The position numbers were made by a program, and so were the translations under genes. This document shows, piece after piece, positions 59,739-64,000 of a stretch of 64,000 nucleotides of DNA. A model generated the notes under the pieces. The model was given only the letters and a program-made list of their open reading frames with translations, was not told the origin of the DNA and did not search any database. This DNA is from Takakia lepidozioides. Lineage: Eukaryota > Plantae > Bryophyta. Where the stretch lies: positions 20,646,001 to 20,710,000 of the forward strand of contig CM060732.1 in assembly GCA_030704615.1 (NCBI GenBank), written 5' to 3'. The stretch's first letter is position 1. The number at the start of each line of letters is the position of its first letter.

Positions 59739-62245
59739 TGTAACCCCCCCCCGGGTTCAACCATCACCCCCATGTAACCCTCTGTAACTCCGCCGAGTGT
59801 AACCCACATTACCATGTAACCCTTTGTAACCCATAAACCCCATGACCCTCTGTAACCCATGTAACCCTCTATAACACCGCAGAGTGTCACCCCCACCCCT
59901 ATGTAACCCTCACTACATGTAACCCTCTGTAACACTTTGCAACCCATGTAACCCTATGTAACCCTCTGTAACACCGCAGAGTGTCGCCCTCACCCCTTAT
60001 GTAACCCTCACTCCATGTAACCCTCTGTAACCCATGTAACCCTCTGTGACCCTTTGTAACCCTCACCACCATGTAACCCTCTGTAACACCGCAGAGTGTC
60101 ACCCTCACCCGTATGTAACCCTCTTTGACCCTCTGTAACCCTCACTCCATGTAACCCTCTGTGACCCTCTATATCCCTCACCAGGTGTAACCCTTACCTC
60201 CATGTAACCCTCTGTAACACCGCAGAGTGTCACCCTCGCCACCATGTAACCCTCACTCCATGTAACCCTCACAAACCCTCTGTGGCTCTGTAACCTCCCT
60301 CTAGTCGTCCTCACCGTAACCCTCTGTAACCCATGTAACCCTCACCGTAACCCTCTGTAACACCGCAGAGTGTCACCCTCACCCCTATGTAACCCTCACT
60401 CCATGTAACCCTCTCTGACCCTCTATAACCCTCACCACCATGTAACCCTCTGTAACCCATGTGACCCCTCACCAGGTGTAACCCTTACCTCCATGTAACC
60501 CTCTGTAACACCGCAGAGTGTCACCCTCGCCACCATGTAACCCTCATGTAACCCTCACAAACCCTCTGTGGCTCTGTAACCTATGTAACCCTCTGTAACA
60601 CCGTAGAGTGTCGTCTCACCCCTTATGTAACCCTCTGTAACCCATGTAACCCTCTGTGACCCTTTGTAACCCTCACCACCATGTAACCCTCTATGTCACC
60701 CTCACCCATGTAACCCTCACCCATGTAACCCACCCTAAACCCTCACCACCATGTAACCCTCTGTAACCCCCCTCTACCCTCACCAGTGTAACCCTTACCA
60801 CCATGTAACCCTCTGTAACACCGCAGAGTGTCACCATGTAACCCTCCGTAACCCTCACAAACCCTTTGTGACATGTCGCCCTCACCCCTTATGTAACCCT
60901 CACCCATGTAACCCTCTGTAACCCTGTAACCCTCTGTAACCCTCATGTAACCCTCTGCACACCACCCTATGTAACCCCCATGTAACCACCCTCTGTAACC
61001 CATGTAACCCTCTCTGACCCTCCCCTGTAACCCTTACTACCATGTAACCCTCTGTATGTCACCCTCGCCACCATGTAACCCTCCGTAACCTGTGACACCG
61101 CAGAGTGTCACCCTCATCCCCATGTAACCCTCACTCCATGTAACCCTCTGTGACCCTCCGTGGCTCTGTAACCCATGTAATCCTCTGTAAAGAGTGTCAC
61201 CCTCACCCCTTATGTAACCCTCACTCCATGTAACCCTCTGTAACCATGTAACCCTCTGTGACCCTTTGTAACCCTCACCACCATGTAACCCTCTGTAACA
61301 CCGCAGAGTGTCACCCTCACCCCTATGTAATCCTCACTCCATGTAACCCTCTCTGACCCTCTGTAACTCTCTGTAACCCATGTAACCCTCTGTGACCCTC
61401 TATATCCCTCACTAGTGTAACCCTTACCACCATGTAACCCTGTAACACGCAGAGTGTCACCCCCATCCTATGCATCCCTCACTCCTTGTAACCCATGTAA
61501 TCCTCTGTGACCCTGCGTAACCCGTGTAACCCTCTGTGACCCTGTGTAACCCATGTAACCCCATGTAACCCTCACTCCATGTAACCCTCAAACCCATGTA
61601 ACCCTCTGTGACCCTCTATAACCCTCACCAGGTGTAACCTTCACCACCATGTAACCCTCAGTAACCCTCTGTAACACCGTAGAGTGTCACCCTCACCCCT
61701 GTGTAACCTCACTCCATGTAACCCTATGTGACCCTCTGTGACTCTCTAACCCTCACCAGGTGTAACCCTCACCACCATGTAACCCTCCGTAACCCGTTTA
61801 TCCCTCTGTAACACCGCTGAGTGTAACCCTCACTCCATGTAACCCCCATGTAACCCTATGTCACCTCTGTAACCCATGTAACCCCATGACCCTCTGTAAC
61901 CCTTTGTAACCCATGTAACCCTCTGTTACTCCGCGAGGTGTAACCCTCACTCCATGTTATCCTGCATCGTGTAACCCCAATGTAAGCTTGTATCATGTTA
62001 TCCCATATACCCCTCTCCGTGTAACTCCAGTTCCTCGTAACCCCATCATCCTGTAACCCTCTGCACGTCAGCGCTTTAGCTCCGCCTCGTGTAACCCTCA
62101 TTGTGCAACTCTCACATTGTAACCCCACCATGTAACCCCGATACTGTATCAATCCCCCCGTGTAACCCCCGATTGTGTCACTCATAGCTCGTGTCACCCC
62201 GGATCCTTTATCCCCAACGCATGTCACCCCTGTTCGTGTAGCCCC
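59739..62245. repeat. GTAACCC-based minisatellite with higher-order units
   Basis: Dense ~8-10-nt units such as ATGTAACCCT and CTGTAACCC over 2.5 kb, interspersed with ~13 copies of CTGTAACACCGCAGAGTGTCACCCTCA. Confidence 0.95.
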
Positions 62246-62462
62246 TTAGTGCCCGGCAAAAATTGGCGGGCTCCAAGAGGTGTCAGATATTTTGAATTCA
62301 AACCTGGGTTACACGATTCGGTGACATCAAAACCCACGTGTAACTCCATCATCGCTCGTCATTTTCACCAGGTGCGTAGACGACGTGCAGTCCCGAGGGC
62401 TCCGCTGCGTTGCCCGCGTGTATTATGCGATTTGTACTGTACTGGTGGTATTGTTGCTGCTA

Positions 62463-64000
62463 ATGGCATGTGCTGCCGCGAAGGTGCTAGACGAGGAACG
62501 CAAAGCAGCATTGGAATCAAATGGTTTGAAAGATGAGGCGGGAGAACTCTGTCATTTGCAGCATTTGGTATCTCATTTGAAATGCATCCTACAGCTGCCC
62601 ATAGACGGGCTTTTCAATCACACAAACCTCCGTTGGATACGCCAGGTTTCCCAGGGAAAAGGGAAACGGATATCCATCGAAGTAGCTGTCGTTCCATGGT
62701 CTCGCATTCCTGACTTTCTGGAGGGAGAAAGGAGTAGAGTGGATGGGAAGACCCAATTTTATGTTCAAGATCGAAGGTACCGTGAGTTGCCAGATTTGAC
62801 AACACCGCGTGCAAACAGTTATCGTCAGTGGCATAAGTAAGTCACTTATGAGGGTTGTATAACATTCCCAGCCCCACTTCTTTCTGCTAGTCTAGCAAAG
62901 TCGTATATGGCGATAACCCTCCTCGCTTTATATGCTTTTTTTGCAGGTACCACTGCTGCTACGGCCCGATAGATAGGCGCACGGACCCGCCGATTGTGAA
63001 GAAAAAAGAAAAACCGATAGCAGCCTCCGATAATCAAACAGCAGTCAAGCGAATCAGACGTAAGGCAGCGGATTTCGGAGAGTCATAAAACGTGGGTGTA
63101 CGTGTAGCTTCAAAGTTGGCCAGTGTTTTCTAGATTCAGAGTTGGCAATCATCACATACTTCCAGAAACAGCATGTGGATGCAAAAGGAAAGCCATGTCA
63201 TGGTTCAGCTGACCCCTCTTCCCATTTCTCGCGATTCGTGCATGCCCCTCGTCTCAGCCAAGATATGAAACAGTGGATCGTCGATAGTCTTCGCAGTGGC
63301 CTATCTCCAGCTATGATTATGACACAACACACTCAACAACTCCAGGAAGCTTGTGCGTCTCAGCCAGGCATGGAGTGGAGTCGCGATTGTTTCTTGTTCG
63401 AGTACGACGTGAGAAACATTGCCGACAAGCTTGCGATTGAGAGTTACAAAAAACATCCAGATGATGCACAAAGTGTACGTATGTGGGTCAATAGCAATCC
63501 TGAAAGCGTCTTCTTCTACCATGAAGAGACAGCGCCAGTGGCGGGTGATTTGAAGTTCGTAATTGGAATACAAACGGAGTGGCAAAAACAGAAAATGATC
63601 GACTTGGGACACAACCGTGTGGTATCCTGCGATGCAACATTTGGGACCAACGAAAATAAGGTATTCGTGTCACGCTTTACCTTTCATTGCATTCTGAAAT
63701 GTGAGTGCCATGCAACTGTTGCCAATATTTTAACGCTCACCTTATTCATTTTTGTACCATTGCGACATTGCAGTTCCCAATGTATACCATGATGGTGTTC
63801 GACGAATGGCTCAACGGCATACCTGTTGCTTATATTATATCAGCGAGAAACAAAACGACTGACTTGAGCCCCTGGATGAAACGTCTTCGCGACCGACTTC
63901 TTCAGAGCAAACCAGATTGGAGGCCAAATGCTTTTGTTGTCGACGATGCAGACGCAGAAATCAATGCTATCAGGTACACGGCTAGAAGTTACAATGTTCT
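62463..64000 (+). mobile_element. Mutator-like (MULE, SWIM-family type) transposase gene, 3' part beyond window, one frameshift
   Basis: AVVPWSRIPDFLEGE; YHCCYGP; KRGCTCSF; QHVDAKGKPCHG; HAPRLS; HPDDAQSVRMWV; FVIGIQTEWQ; CDATFGTNENK/FPMYTMMVFD; AFVVDDADAEINAIR (first two DDE aspartates). Introns 62837-62946, 63661-63773 and from 63974. Start codon tentative. Confidence 0.85.

Noticed and set aside
59739-62245. Genuine telomere or interstitial telomeric tract; ORFs within the repeat
   Set aside because: The unit is GTAACCC-based with 8-10-nt period, not (CCCTAAA)n. The ORFs are repeat artefacts.

Overview
Eukaryotic nuclear DNA from a non-seed land plant, most likely a bryophyte. This is inferred from a fungal-type Tcn1/Tf1-like chromovirus, an animal-type MTH1 Nudix gene and an intron-rich RpiA. 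Three zones. (1) 1-15.3 kb is a nested transposon graveyard: a fold-back palindrome, PIF/Harbinger Myb/SANT and transposase remnants, a 19-copy array of palindromic cores with T-rich spacers, a CACTA right end, and a complete but decayed Ty3/gypsy chromovirus (7731-13652). The chromovirus has a self-priming PBS and a decayed extra 3' ORF, and sits inside a Harbinger Myb gene that also carries an internal inversion. (2) 15.3-59 kb is a gene island: a small plastid-type membrane protein, ABCB25/ATM3, a very basic LEA_1-like protein, a 55-aa His/Pro microprotein on the minus strand that the ORF track misses, EXO84, an organelle-targeted MTH1-like Nudix gene with a frameshift, and a non-canonical 10-exon plastid RpiA. 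Many L1 3'-end fragments with (CATTT)n tails lie in the introns. (3) 59.4-64 kb is a 2.5-kb GTAACCC minisatellite followed by a MULE/SWIM-type transposase with one frameshift. Exon coordinates were read by hand and may be off by a few bases.
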